A DNA stretch of 64,000 bases from Octopus vulgaris (lineage: Eukaryota), in NCBI GenBank assembly GCA_951406725.2, contig OX597815.1, positions 88,846,001 to 88,910,000 of the forward strand, given 5' to 3'. Every line of letters starts with the position of its first letter. Positions within the stretch are counted from its first letter, which is position 1. Both the position numbers and the translations under genes were made by a program. Of this stretch, positions 25,052 through 40,309 are shown in pieces. Under the pieces are notes generated by a model, which was not told where the DNA came from, ran no database searches, and was given only the letters and a program-made list of their open reading frames with translations.

Positions 25052-25265
25052 GTATGTTTGTGTATCTGTGTTTGTCCCCCAACATCGCTTGACAGCGGAT
25101 GCTGGTGTGTTTATGTCCCCGTAACTTAGCGGTTCGGCAAAAGAGACGGATAGAATAGGTACTAGGCTTACAAAAAATAAGTTCTGGGGTCGATTTGCTC
25201 AACTAAAAGCGGTGGGCCGGCATGCCCACAGTCACACGACTGAAACAAGTAAAAGAGTAAAAGAG

Positions 25266-25268
<3 letters not shown>
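24850..25268 (+). mobile_element. SINE family A, near full length
   Basis: High similarity to 9111-9505 and 62172-62570. Confidence 0.92.
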
Positions 25269-25348
<80 letters not shown>

Positions 25349-28300
25349 CTGCGTGTTTTTCTTGTGCCTTAGTTTGTGTGTGTGTGTCCTGAGTATGATG
25401 TTAAATTTGACCCGATAAAACTCATTTTGACACAAAAATACATTGAAAGACACACACTCACGATTATTCAATATGAAATATTCCACCTCACATTCCATAA
25501 GTGTATTTTAATAATACAGACACGTGCACGCGCATGTACACACACAGACACTTGCAGACACATGCAACCACACGCAGATACACATGCACACAGACATACA
25601 AACACATATGCATATATGTATATATTGGGTTATATTATTTTCCTATTATCAACAATACTTTGATAATAATTAAAACACAGAGAACTGACTTGCGAGCTTA
25701 AAAGAACATGTAGTTTTGAACCGTTAAACTTCATCCGAGTTTCTGTAAGGGCAAATTTAAAGACCGTATCCTGAAACTGTTGGTCATACTTGAAAACTTC
25801 CGTATCCAGAGTTGGTTCTAACGCGGTGATTACTGTATGTGTATAGGTGTTTATGTGGTTATATGTATGTGCATACAAACATAAAAACACACGAGCACAT
25901 ATACACATATGCAAGGGAAAGAAATAGAGAGATATCATAAATCAATAAGTGAAATATATTATATTTTGTATATGGTATGATTTTGACAAAAAGGCATGGT
26001 AAATAAAACAAAACCTGTATTATTTTGAAAAATATTTGCTGCGGTTATCGAGTATTTATTGCTTGATATAGTATACTTTATGGCATTTAGTGATAAGTTT
26101 TAATGATAGAAACTGTAACCATGGTCTAGAGTGGGTTTGCTATTCTACTTAATCATGTATTTCACTACTGACCCAAACTTTAAATTGGCGCCTTTCTAGA
26201 AATACCTATAAATTGAGAACAACTCTCCTGACACCGCTATTACTAGCCTCCATAGAAATCAGTTTTCCAACTCAACATGATTTAATATTGTTATGATTGA
26301 TGATCTTTTGGCAAATTGTCATTCAGTCTAGTAAGCATTTGTCGTACGTTCATCGCCAATTCACTATATCCCATCTCTTAACCAAGACTTTATTGCAATA
26401 TTTTCAATATTCTTTATACTATCTTATCATTCTATTGTGTTATTTTCAATTTCTCATCCGCTATCCAATGTTCAATTTCCTGAATGTTTAATGGTCCACC
26501 TTATTGAGGAAAGCTACTTATACACCCTATCAATTATATACCTCATTAAATCGCAATATAGCACATTGCATTGTTTCATTATCATTCGATGATTTCCAAC
26601 CTGGTTACTTAACTATAAACTTTGTCTCACAATATTCTCTGATATACAAGAATTAACGAAATAACTATATCTAAATATATACGGCATAATTAATGTCAAA
26701 TATAGCGCATAGATTTTAGAATTAATCATCGAAATAATCGATAACTTATGAATAACATTTAATACATAATAAAGCAATATGTTACTATATTCAACAAATG
26801 TCGGAATAACTCCGGTTAATATTCATTCACCTTTTGACGGCCGCCACAAAGAATTTACCATAATTTATCAAATTTTCAAAATTAATTCTAGATACTACGA
26901 ATTTGTTTTCGAAGTCATAGTGATTGTTTTACTTTTTTTTCTATAAATAAGATAGCAGAAAAAACAGTTTCAAAAATGATTCTGCTCTCTTTATATTATT
27001 GGTACATATTCTTTTTACTAAGCGCAAAACCAAAATTCAGAATAATGTAATTTCAAACGTTAGTTTGTAATTTATCAGCTTCAAGAATAAGAAATACAGC
27101 AATGTCGATCATATTGGTATTTGGATATAAAAGGCAATAAATTCTACATAGACAGCGAGTGTGCTATTGCGGTTTGAAAACATTGATTTGAGTAAGGAGA
27201 GTCCCAGATTTTCTAATGAAAGAATGTAGTCTATTGAATAAAGGGTGTTATGTTTATATCGCTTATATCAATGACAAACGGGTGAAGGAAAAAACTGACT
27301 CTAGTGAGGTATCTAAGAAGAGTTGATGTTATTAAATTGTTTACGAGTCATATTCACTCTAGTCATTTGATTTCGTGTGCAAGAATAAAGAATAAAGGTT
27401 CAATTTTTAGGTAGTTGGTAATCAATGAATTTCTAAACGACACTTAAGGAGTAAAAAGCTAACGCTGAGAAAAAAAAAAAGTGGCAATGAGCTCGGATCA
27501 ACAGAAGCTGGCCACTAGTTTTTCTGGGCTAGATACAATGGTCTATATCTTCAAAGACTGAAAAATGATGTATGATGTTCATATCTTTCAAAATAGCTTT
27601 AGAGTTATAAGTAAACATACTACAATAGATAATCGAAACCTGACAGTATTTTGACTTGCTATCTTCGTGTTCTACAACGCTTAATATTTGATTGATTTGT
27701 TATAAAAGCTCTATATACGTTTTAAAAGAGAAATAACAGGAATTGATACGTTCATGCATTTCCCAGCAGTATTAGTGACTTAATGGAAGTGAAGTGACTC
27801 CAAACGGTAGTCGAAATCTCGTTTTGTAGAATATTAATCTCTTCCTCTCTGGCGTCGCTACTCAGTAAAATAAACAATCATGTAATACTTTATGATTACA
27901 GCTTTTCTCTGTTTGATCGATACGTCAAGACAATTAGCTGTTGTGATTTATAAAGGAATCGATAAGCCGAAAACTATAGTTTGATCATTCAACATGTAAC
28001 ATATTTTTCTATTCAATACTGACATATTTTTATAAAGTTACAATGTTCGCCGAATGCAATATGTCAATACCGAGTATTAATAACTTTGAAATATTTATTT
28101 ATTGGTAGACATTACAGAGCTTTAGTTTGCTTGTTGAGATAATAAAATTAGTCCGCAAACACAGTCGTCTCTTGCACAAGAATAAATGTGATTCTCAAAA
28201 TGCTATTACGTATATTATGTGTAAATGGACACCTGAACTCGTTTCATTTTAATGATCGAATTTCGTGATTTTACAGTATCTCCTGATGCCTATAGTACAC

Positions 28301-28501
28301 TAAAGATGGTCCATTAAAGTTCATAGTTATATAAGTTTAAATATTCTTTACACACATACCCATATGTTATTGATGAAACGTTTTAGTTTTATTATTTATC
28401 CATTATGCAATTTGTATTTTCTCATAAAATTTTCCCGTGTATATTAACCATTTATTTCATTGTCTACTGACTTATCTATTACCCACCTACCTACTTTCCT
28501 A

Positions 28502-28870
<369 letters not shown>

Positions 28871-29013
28871 TTTCGTATATGTATATATCTATGTACACAT
28901 GCATATATGTATATATGTATACATCTGTCTATGAGTCATTTGTTATTCTTCGCCTCCTCCTCCTTCTCTCTCTATGTATATATATGCGTCTGCATTTATG
29001 TATACACATATAA

Positions 29014-29045
<32 letters not shown>

Positions 29046-29403
29046 CTTGCATTCATATATATATGTATAACTATCTATATACACACTCATAGTCATGTAC
29101 GCGCGTGTTTGTAAGTGTGAGTGTGTATGTGTGTGCGTATGTGTGTGTGTGCGTGTGTATAATGATATCAGGTTCTATAAGTCAGTAACCACCGCACTGA
29201 CAGACTTGAAACACAATGATACCATTCGCACCAGCAATTGCGTATACAATCACGCTAATGGCGTCAGCCAATTACGAAACTCTCAAATTATATACGTAAA
29301 TACATTTTCCATTCTATCTTTAACACTTCTACTTGCTTTATCTCTATAGCATAACTTTCCAGTTACAAATCGTAATAGATCAGTTCAAACTCCATCTATC
29401 TAT

Positions 29404-30156
29404 CTAGGCATGCCGTGCTTGATGATGCGCAGGCATGCGCTGAGACTGCGACATCTCCGGAACTTCATTGATGACGGTGAACAGGTGTGGGCGCCGTTTG
29501 TGAGGCGCGCCTGCCCGCAGTTCGTCTCACTGACCGAACTGCAAACGTGGATCAGGAAGAGACCGAAACTGGGCGATTGGCACCGAGAGTGTCGCCAAGC
29601 TGTACAACAGCTCTGCCGACCGGAGTTAAACTTGTGCAACTTACAAACGACTAAAGCGTTCTATAGAGGACTAGTGGAGGGGAGGTCCGACGATGCACTC
29701 GGGGCAAACCTGGGCGTCGACGAGAAATTCCTAACCCGCCTGTTCAGGACGACGTTCGGGCCGGGGCCTATAGATAACTTCCTTTAAACGGGAAGGGAAA
29801 ACGGTTTTCGTTACGTTGATGGCTATGGCGAAAGAATGTGTGTGGTGGACGCGTTTGAAAGGACTGCAAAAAAACACCTTCCTCTCTGGTCAGTCTCTCG
29901 TCAACGTTTTCAAGTATCACTTGAAAAGGAGGATGAGAATAGAGAGGAAGGCTTTGTCGAACGAATGTTTTAATAAAAAGTGGCAAAAATGGTCAGTATG
30001 AAAGACGACACTATTTTAAGCGTAAATCTGTGACCAAAAGAGACAACGAGAGGTAAGGCGACTCATCATGTGTTCATTTTCGAACTGTCTGAGGTTACTT
30101 TGGTACTTTTTGTAGGTTTTTCTTCCCAGGGCTACACCTAAACTGTGAACTTTATT

Positions 30157-30226
<70 letters not shown>

Positions 30227-30376
30227 TTTTATACACCACACAACCCACAAATCCCTATTGATCGAACGTTTTTTTTCTTTGTGTCCCACCCATCCCACCG
30301 CGAAAAGAAAAATCTCTACATTGTACTTCGTCCATTTTTATTCTGTGTTTAGCCCTGTGTGGCCACAATAAAAGTT
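29404..30376 (+). mobile_element. Second 5'-truncated Tx1/L1-clade LINE
   Basis: ORF 29410-29787 is homologous to the 7.3-7.7 kb copy; AKECVWWTRLKG C-terminal motif; short TCTA run 5' and long (TCTA)n 3'. Confidence 0.9.
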
Positions 30377-30391
30377 ATCTATCTATCTATG

Positions 30392-30541
<150 letters not shown>

Positions 30542-32231
30542 GCTAGCTAGCTAGCTAGCTATCTAGCTATCTACCTGTCTGTCTGAATATATATGTATCT
30601 GTGTGTGCAAACGTATTTGAATTTATAAATGATGGAAAATTACCCAATATACCTTGATTTACTCGAAACTGAAACTTTTATCTGTTGTTATTTTGTGTCT
30701 CTTGTTTCCGTTTTGGAGCAGCGATGCTTGTAAAGCTTTGGTACGATCTCACGTAAACACCTATTGAATGTGTATATCATACATTGATATAGCAGCTCGG
30801 GTGATTTAATGCATCTGTTGTTTGTAAGTTCTCCGTTGAAGTCATACAGATGCAATAAATATTATTAACTTTAAGTTTATGTAATAATAGTAATAATGCC
30901 CGAAAAACACTCTAGAAACAACAATAATTTTATTTTCTCAAAGTTTATGATGTAAAATTCGTATGAATACCCAGACGTCATAGTAAAGCAAATGCAACAC
31001 ACAATGGTCGAAACTTTATTACTAAAATAGGAAGAGGCCATTACGAAATAAGAACATATTACATATATTTAGACCATCGCTTTTATAGTGCAGATAAACC
31101 AATGTTTTCCTCCAGGAAATGCTCGCGTAGAATAGTTTATATGATAAAATATTTAAACTGGCAACATGGCGCCGCAGTAAATCATTTAATTTTCTCATAT
31201 ATTCATGAAGTTTCAAATTGTCTTACAAATATTTAAACTATAGAATTTTGTTCACTGAAAGTATGAAACTATCTTCTACAACGACCTCAATTCGGGAGGT
31301 AAGATGAAGCAAGTATAACTTCGTGTTCTATATAGTACTTAAGTCAAAGTAAATATTCCAGCTCTAGCGTTAATTGTTATAAAATTATGGTGCTTCGAAT
31401 ATATTATTAAAGATATGCAATTTATGATTTTATTATTGTTTTTGCAACACATACGTGCTACTGAAAGAATACTGCTCCATAAACCTGTTAGCGTATCATA
31501 GAATCCATCAAGGCATTAGAACTGTACATTATTCCAGGCACTAAGAATTATCCGATTCGTTTGTTGCTTAATGGGTATCTATGATGATACACTTTTCATA
31601 CATTGATTTCGAGTAAACCACGATAAACTCCTACATAAGTTCCTATATTAATTTAGATGCAAGGAATTCATTAAAGAATATACGTTTAAATATCCTGTTT
31701 AAATTAATTTAATTTAAATTAATTTAAATTAATCCTAATCAGTCGTTCAATAAATATCCCATTTTTGATTATATATATGAATGAATAGCTTTTTCATTAC
31801 AGAAGCAACGAAGGAAAATAACCGTTTGGTTGTAGCAGAATTTTATATAACCATTAACGATATTAATGGTTCCAGTCTAAAACTTAGTGAACCTTTTCTT
31901 TATAAAGATTTTATCACAAATTAGTTGAGATAATTTACTTCGTCTACTGTGGTGATACTCTGGACTGTATAATTCGCCTCAAGTTCAACGTGACAATACT
32001 TAAATTTTCCACTTTTCTTGACACTCTTCGTAGTGTTCCTAATATTCATTGGGAAAGCAACGAAACTAGTTGTCACCTGGACACCAAAATTGTGGACCAT
32101 GTTCAGTTTTCTTTGCGATTATTTCAGTAACTACTGTAATGCTCTCTAGAATGAAGGGTGATTATACCTTAATAGTTGTAATGTACAGCGGATGGAATCT
32201 TGTCACGAAATGTAAGACATTTTTTTTTTGT

Positions 32232-32424
32232 TGCTGGCAGAATCGTTAGCATGCCGGTTCAAGCGGTTAGCGGCATTTCACCCGTCTTTACTTTCTGAGT
32301 TCAAATTCTGCAGGTGTCGAGTTTGCCTTTCATCCTTTCGAGGCCGATAAAATAAGTACCAGATGAACACTGAGATCAATGTAATCGACTTAGTCCTCCG
32401 CGAACTAGCAGGCTTTGCGTCAAA

Positions 32425-32425
<1 letters not shown>
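32232..32425 (+). mobile_element. SINE family B, alternative tail
   Basis: GCTGGCAGAATCGTTAGC..GAGTTCAAATTC..TTGCCTTTCATCCTTTCG..AAGTACCAG. Confidence 0.85.
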
Positions 32426-32503
<78 letters not shown>

Positions 32504-32505
32504 TT

Positions 32506-33160
32506 ACCTTTGCACACCTGGAGATGTACTACAGTGTCAGCTGTTCACTACCATTGAATTAAGGAAACCCCTCTTATTTTTCGAGCACCTTCCGGAGTAT
32601 TCGAGCGGTTCCAAGCAGTGCTATTTTCTGCAAGTGCTCCACTCTTATTGCAGCCCATATTTGTTCCATGTACTTCTCGAGATTTTCGCCCACAGTTCCA
32701 AGAACTATTACTACCTTTTTCATCGACCACAACTGCTTAACTTCCCAAGCTAACCTGTCATATCTCTCAACTTTTCTTTCTTCCTCATCGTACACCTTGT
32801 TGTCAGCTGGGCATGCTGTGTCTATGATCCAGCATAGTTTGTTTTCTTTTTCAATTAAAACTATGTCCGGCTTCCTTTTCTCTATCTCATGGTCGCACTG
32901 AATCATAAAATCCCATAGGATCTTTGCATTTCTATTTTGGATGATGCCTACAGACAGGTTTGTGGTCGTACCCATCTTTTGCTCTTTCAAATCCATACTT
33001 GTTGCAGAGTGTCCAATTTTTTCTAACTATTTTTTCTGGCTATATTGTCGTGGCGTCTCTTGTATTCCTTCTGGGCTAGTAGCGTACATTGGCTGATAAT
33101 ATGTCATACGGTTTTACCGTTTTGTCCACAGATATGCCACACGGTTTCACCGTTTTGTTC
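32506..33160 (-). mobile_element. R4/Dong-like LINE 3' end (CCHC remnant + restriction-like endonuclease)
   Basis: KEYKRRHDNIA, KILWDF, RKPDIV, IIDTACP, KVERY, LQKIALLGTARILRKVL; 3' end abuts (TAA)n at 32425-32505. Confidence 0.9.
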
Positions 33161-35574
33161 ACTATTCATTATTATCTGATGCAGTAGTCTGACTTAGTCT
33201 GTAACATAAATGTCCATTTCACTGAAAGTTATAAAAGAAGACATTACTAATCAAGAGTAAAGAAACTATTATCAATAACCAGAGTTTAAAATAGGAATAC
33301 AACATTGCTTCTATTTTTACTATAGCTTCAGACACATTTACAGTATTTACAATTATAGATTTTGAATAGATTAAGAATAAGGAAAAGGTTTGATTATATA
33401 TATATATATTTACATAAACATAGTGTAGAGGTGGATTCCAGTTTAACTGAAGTGTTCTTATTAAATTTTCAATTTGCATTTGGATTAGAACTGGAATTTG
33501 GATATATATTTAGTTATTGGTTAGTTTTAGTTTGCATCACGGGCTATATAACACATATCTTGCATTGTATAACTAGTATTCCGCGCATGGGTTGTATATT
33601 CTATGCTGGCTCAAACTTCTTTTATTTATTCTGATTAAATGAAGATGAAACAGAAATTGGATTTAACTCAATAAATAAACAAAAGCTGTGTCATTTCGTT
33701 TTCTATGCTAACTTTAATTCTGAGCATATAAAGTTTACTGATTGATTTTCCTAAATTCTCCTGAGGCATCAATTGATATGTAGGAAATGTTCACTCGTTA
33801 CTGTTACAAGGCCCATAGGTCGGAGTGAATAAAACAGAGAACATTTTATTTAAAGATAAATCGATATATCAAAGAATAAAACCAACTATTGTACCAACTG
33901 TGCATAGTTATATTTCTTTTCACAAAGACTGTGGAGTGGCAGAAAAGTTACAGTTACCGATACAATGCTTTGTAGAATTTATTTGCACCGCTTTAGGTTC
34001 AAGTTCAAATAACGCTGAAATGGCATGTATTTCAAGGTTTCAGAATCCATAAAATAATTAAACAAATTTAACCCGCTGTTTCCGGAAAATAACATTGTTG
34101 GCAGTCATAAGACAAAATGTTATGAAGGAAAAATGAAATCTTTGGTTATGAGAGATATATTTCCTTAAATAATAAGAGTATGTACGATTTGCTGAAAAAA
34201 TTAGGACTCTTTGGGATTTAAGATTTTCAGAATATTATCGGCGACTAACGTGAAGCAAATGCATTTACAATAAAATTTTGAAAATCAGTTAAGCTATGTA
34301 ATTGTAACTGATATAAATTTTATTGTAAATAAATTAACTCTAAATTTATATAAAACTTCATAACATAGCATTACAAAAGACATAATGGCGACAATCAAAA
34401 TACTAAATGATGGCAGAATCCACTTCCCTTGCATCGTTTTAGCTTTTTAATAGTCAATTTTACTTTTGATAAACTGATTGGTTCTGATAAGCCCTTTTGA
34501 AAAAGTTTATTCTTGCTTAATTTCCGAAATCCTGTATCATAAATAATGCATTTACCTGCCAGTTGTTCATGAAAACGGTATTCAAAGATAGCGTCTTAAA
34601 ATAATGTCTAATTTAATCGCTCTTTCATTAATATAATCTACAATTGTTCATGAATCTCAGAAATCATTTTCCCCCGGTCTTATCTTAGCAGCGCTACTTT
34701 AAATCACATTGATATATAACACTATCAAATTGAAGGTAGTGCAACTTTATCTGATGAACAATGTTGCTTCAATTAGCTATTGTCGATTTGCAATAATACA
34801 AAACATCAATCTATCATTGGTTTGTCATTAGATGTACAGGCACTGCTTTTAAATGAATTTCTGCTTGACTTATTTAACCATTGAAAACTACATTCTATTA
34901 TTCATTTCACGTTTTGCATTCCATTTCAATTCTTCATCTCATCAGCACACAGCATATTGTCTATTTTATTCCGAACGAATACTTTCAATACTTTCGATGG
35001 TTGCCGACCATGAATATGCTTGTTTAATAGAAAAAAGAATTAAAATTAACGACCGTTATTTTTAAATAAAATAATCGATTATATTTGTCACATGACATCA
35101 CAGAGTCAATATGATGCATGCACTCTGCAGCATGCTATAAATTTTATGAATTATTTTTATTGCACAAATCCATAAGAAGCATCAAAGGACGCCAGAATAT
35201 GTGGTTTGGTGCTGTTGCAATAGATTTTAGCAAATTTATGGTTTCAAAATTATTGTTGTTGAATATTTGACTTTGAAACTCTCTCAACAAGAAATTAGGA
35301 ATAAGACTTATGAAATAATATAATCTGATTGATATAAATCAACTACAGAATATCAGAAAGCGTATGTTCTGATAGATTCTACTGATTTTCTTTTGGAAGC
35401 AGATCAATAAACTTGATTTGAAATAATTAAAACCGAATTACGATGGAGAAAAGAAGCCATTGCAAGAAATCAACAATGATCCTAATAGATGGATGTATGG
35501 AACATTGAGCACTTCTATGTGATTTTATTATGTGTGTTTATGTACGTATGCGTAGATATGAGTGCCTGTATATA

Positions 35575-35753
35575 TAGGTGCAGGCGTGGCTGTGTGGTAA
35601 GAAGCTTGCTTCCCGCCCACATGGTTCCGGGTTCAACCTCACTGCATAGCACATTGAGAAAGTGTCTTCTACTATAGCCTCAGACGGGCTGACAAAAGCC
35701 TTGTGTGTGGATTTGGTAGGCGGAATCCAAAAGAAGCCCGTTGTATGTAGGAA

Positions 35754-35796
<43 letters not shown>

Positions 35797-35823
35797 AAAA
35801 TGTATATATATATATGTAGGAAA

Positions 35824-35866
<43 letters not shown>

Positions 35867-36070
35867 TATGTTTGTGTGTGTCTCTGTGTTGGTCCCGACC
35901 TCGATTGACAACTGATGCTAGTGTGTTTGTGTCCCCGTAACTTATTCTGCAAAAGAGACTGATAGAACAATTACGCTTACAAAGAATAAATCATGGGATC
36001 GATTTCTTCAACTAAATCCCTTTAAGGTATTGCTCCATATGGCTGAACCAAGTAAAAGAAATAAAATAAA
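35575..36070 (+). mobile_element. SINE family A, diverged
   Basis: Colinear head, core and tail; expanded internal (TA)n. Confidence 0.85.
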
Positions 36071-36079
36071 AGAAATATG

Positions 36080-36130
<51 letters not shown>

Positions 36131-36148
36131 ATACATACACATATATTT

Positions 36149-36189
<41 letters not shown>

Positions 36190-36194
<5 letters not shown>

Positions 36195-36450
36195 GGTAAG
36201 CTTTATGAAAATAGACAAAAGACTAAGGCAGGTTTACGGAAATAAACAAAAGACGAAGGCAGGTGGAATATAAAACAAACAATTGTATTAGTATGGTGCT
36301 CAGGAAATATAAATGAAACAAGTCTTTAACGTTTCGAGTCTACGCTCTTCAACAGAAAGATACACAGAGAAAAAAAACACAGAAAGAAGGAGAGAAAAAA
36401 ATATGCGTGCAAAAGCTAGCGAATCAACATGGCGATCTGATTTCGGCCAG
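36190..36450 (-). mobile_element. Solo PLE terminal-repeat remnant with minimal-hammerhead-like motif
   Basis: Homologous to 51858-52025; minus strand TCTTT-CTGTTGA-AGAGCGTAGACTC-GAAA-C-GTT-AAAGA. Confidence 0.7.
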
Positions 36451-36757
36451 AAGTCAAAGATCAAACATAAGACATAAAATGAAAGTTTCCCGTTCTTTCC
36501 TGCCAGTTAAGATTCACTTGACGGTGATAACGGCGCATATCATGATAACATGCTAAAGGACTTCTCAAGCATATTATCCTTTGTCCTGGCCCTGGTGGAC
36601 TCGTTTATTATGGTGAAGAAAATGATGTCCAACTCTCAATCAACTTTTCTTATTTGCTATCGTCATTTTATTCACTACCTCCACCTACGTCTACCTCTGT
36701 CTTTTCACTCGCACATACATATACACCCATACAAACACACACACAGACACATACATA

Positions 36758-36976
36758 TACGAGGTGGTACGGAAAAGTTTCTGGTTTCGGGTAAAAGAAA
36801 ATGTAGGAGGATCAATTAATTATGATTTTATTGAACAGATTCCATTCAAGATTCACACACTTATTGCAGCGGTCCTTCAGTTTATCTAGCCCTGTAAAAC
36901 AACTCGGAAAGTTGGGTCTTCAACCAGGTCTTTCACGACACCCTTAAAGCCAGGAACTTTTCAGCATCCCGTCGTG
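36758..36976. mobile_element. mariner-type MITE (~220 bp)
   Basis: Imperfect TIRs TACGAGGTGGTACGGAAAAGTTTCTGGTTT vs reverse complement CACGACGGGATGCTGAAAAGTTCCTGGCTT. Confidence 0.75.
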
Positions 36977-36999
36977 TATGTGTATGTATTTGTGTATAT

Positions 37000-37044
<45 letters not shown>

Positions 37045-37806
37045 TACGCCTATATTTAGCCCTGGTATTACCGGAGTGTTTCTGGATAGCTGAATTGTCG
37101 GATATCTGATCATAGCTTTTCAAATTAACTTAGAGCCGTACATGATTCATTAAAACGCTATATGAACACCAGTGTCATCATTAATCTTAGAAAAAAGAGA
37201 AAATGGAAGAAATAACTATATAATTTACGGAAGAATTGTCATCCTCCTAATAAATTACAAGTATTATAAGTGGAGCAAAATATAATACAATACTTTGAGA
37301 AGGTATGATCCGTTTTGGATACAGTAGCAAGTTTGTTCTGGTGATAAGTAATTAATTAACATAAATTAGGATAAATTATCTTGTCTCTAATGGACAATAC
37401 ATTTTCTATTATTTATTCTGGGTGGAGTTTGCTTCAGAGTTCCATTTATTTGAATACCAGATAAGTGGGAGATAAATGTATATTCTTTTATTCTTTTCTG
37501 TTATTCATTTATGCTGGGGCACCGCCACTATCATCATCTTATTAGTGGCCATTGTTTTGTGATTAGCTTCTGGTGAAGTGGGTGATTGATATTAGTGCTC
37601 ACTTTTGAGATTCTTGCTGTCATATATGTCTATGTGCGATCTTGGACAATAGGGGATCATGTTGTTTCTTGTAAACATATCCTCCCATACTATGACGATT
37701 TTGCCAACATTTTGGCAAGATATTAGATAAGTGTGGGTTGTTGAATTCCCCGTAAAGTACATGGTCCGTACTTTACAGGGGATGAGTGGGACCTTTGTAA
37801 CAGTGC

Positions 37807-37837
<31 letters not shown>

Positions 37838-38085
37838 TGTATGTATGTATGTTTGTATGTATGTATGTATGCATGTATGTATGTGTGTGTATGTACGTAC
37901 GTATGTATATATACGCACGTACATATGTGTGCACATATGTTTGTGTGTGTGTGTGCATGTATGTATGTAGGTATGTATATATATATTATATATATATATA
38001 CATATATGTACGTGCGAATATATACATACGTACGTACATACACACACTCATACATACATACATTCATACATACATACATGCATAC

Positions 38086-38134
<49 letters not shown>

Positions 38135-38959
38135 GATAGATCCAGGCGCGCGTCTGTGTGTGTATGTACAAAGCTTGTGTGAACTTCAAGGTTTACAAAG
38201 ATATACAGGTTACTTAAATATTTAGTTCTGATGTTAAATCAACTTGTTGACACATATGGAATATAATGTGATGTGTATGATTGTAATAACCATCCAAACA
38301 GACATGAATGAAAATATCCCACAACACCATTCATCCATTCTTAAAATTCTGAGCCAGAGTGACTAAGTAACAAATCAATAATATGGTAATACATGCTACC
38401 AGATAAATAGCAAATATTAAACCGAGGCGATAGTATCAATATTGCAAAATGTCAAAATAATACTACTAATTGTTAAACATGCAAAGCAAATATATAATTA
38501 AACGTAAAATTTCCATTGCAAAACAAAATAATCTTAGTGCAGTAATTCTCTACTTTAAAGCAAACAATTAAAAAATACACTATATCATGAAAATAACCAA
38601 CTCTCTTTCATCAAATCTTATTTAAATATTGCGTATGACGAAATGGACTAGCATAAAAATCGTAGATCAATTTTCCATTAATCTATATGAATTAGACTGT
38701 AATAAACAAAACAACAGTTTTTCTTGTACAGTATATATGTTTATCATTGCTTTTCAAAATTTCTATCGTAAAAAATTTCTATCACAATGGAGTTTTGCTC
38801 ATATCTGACAGAGAGCAAACTGATATGCATAGCGTATTTCATATGGTTTTTCATATGGTATTTCAAGCCTTGTAAATCCTTTCTTCCTCGTATTATCTGT
38901 GTTCGATCATGTGAATGGTTAACTCTCTATTGTATTTCGTTCTGTCTGCAATAGAAACT

Positions 38960-39130
38960 ACAACCTTAAGGCTTCGGATATCGATATGAATACCTGGAAG
39001 GCATATTACTGAAAGCTGTATATCATGGACATAGACTACCATCTATAGTTGTGGTGACTGTAAGCAAAAGCATGTGGAGCATGCCGATATGAAGCGTTCA
39101 CTCTGTAAGCGGAATCCAAGTGCAGTGTCT
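38960..39130 (+). mobile_element. RTE-like LINE C-terminal fragment
   Basis: Close inverted match to 44940-45110; NLKASDIDMNTW..KHVEHADMKRSL. Confidence 0.65.
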
Positions 39131-39134
39131 TTTA

Positions 39135-39375
39135 TCTGTTATGTGTTTCAGTCAGTAGAATGCAACCATTTGGGGGCTCGCTTTCAAGAAATTCTAGCCC
39201 AATGAATCGACCCCAGTATTTATTAATTATTATTTTTAAAGTTATCGAATTCTTTTGCAGAAGCAACAACTTATGGGTACGTAAAAAACCCAACACTGGT
39301 TGTCAAGTGTTAGTGGGGGACAAATACAGACACAGACACACACACATGTGTGTGCATATGTGTATATGTTTGTGA

Positions 39376-39430
<55 letters not shown>

Positions 39431-39590
39431 CGTGTGTATGTGTGTGTATACTAAATTCATTCACAAGCGTTGGTTTGCCCAAGGGTGTGGGTGTTGTAGA
39501 AGACATTTGTCTAAGGTGCCACGCAGTGGAGATGAACCCGGAACCATATTGCTGGGAAGTAAGCTGCTCACCACACAGCTGCCCCAGCGC
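39135..39590 (-). mobile_element. SINE family A, diverged
   Basis: Reverse complement of head (AAGGTGCCACGCAGTGG..GAACCCGGAACCAT) and 3' part. Confidence 0.8.
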
Positions 39591-39592
39591 AG

Positions 39593-39652
<60 letters not shown>

Positions 39653-39744
39653 TCCGCAGACCCATGCACTCACTTTATATTATATTATCATATTTTTATA
39701 CTATTTTATATCATACATTCTATTACAATATATTTTATCGTATT

Positions 39745-40170
39745 AGGTGTAGGAGTGGCTGTGTAGTAAGTAGCTTGCTTACGAACCACATGGTTCCGGG
39801 TTCAGTCTTACTTCGTGCCACCTTGGGCAAGTGTCTTCTACTATAGCCGCAGGCCGACCAAAGCCTTGTGAGTGGATTTGATAGATGGAAACTGAAAGAA
39901 GCCCGTCGTATATATGTATATATACATACACACACACACACATATATATATATATGTATGTATGTGCGTGTATGTGTTTGCGTGTCCGCTTGACGACGGA
40001 TGCTGGTGTGTTTACGTTCCCGTAACTTAGCGTTTCTGCAAAAGAGATCGATAGAATAAGTACTAGGCTTACAAAGAATAAGTCCTGGGGTCGATTTGCT
40101 CGACTAAAGGCGGTGCTCCAGCATGGCTACAGTAAGATGACTGAAACAAGCAAAAGAGTAAAGAGTAAAG
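39745..40170 (+). mobile_element. SINE family A, full length
   Basis: Head, CORE-like segment, internal microsatellite, (AAAAGAGT)n tail. Confidence 0.92.
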
Positions 40171-40309
40171 CGAGTACTGTTTTACATCATATTGTACAAC
40201 AGAAATTCATTAATCGTATTTTATTTTATAATTATAATAATTCGTTTAAAGGATTTTATATATTTCTATATATTCTTTTTGATTTTATCTTAAAATTTTA
40301 TCTTTGAGT

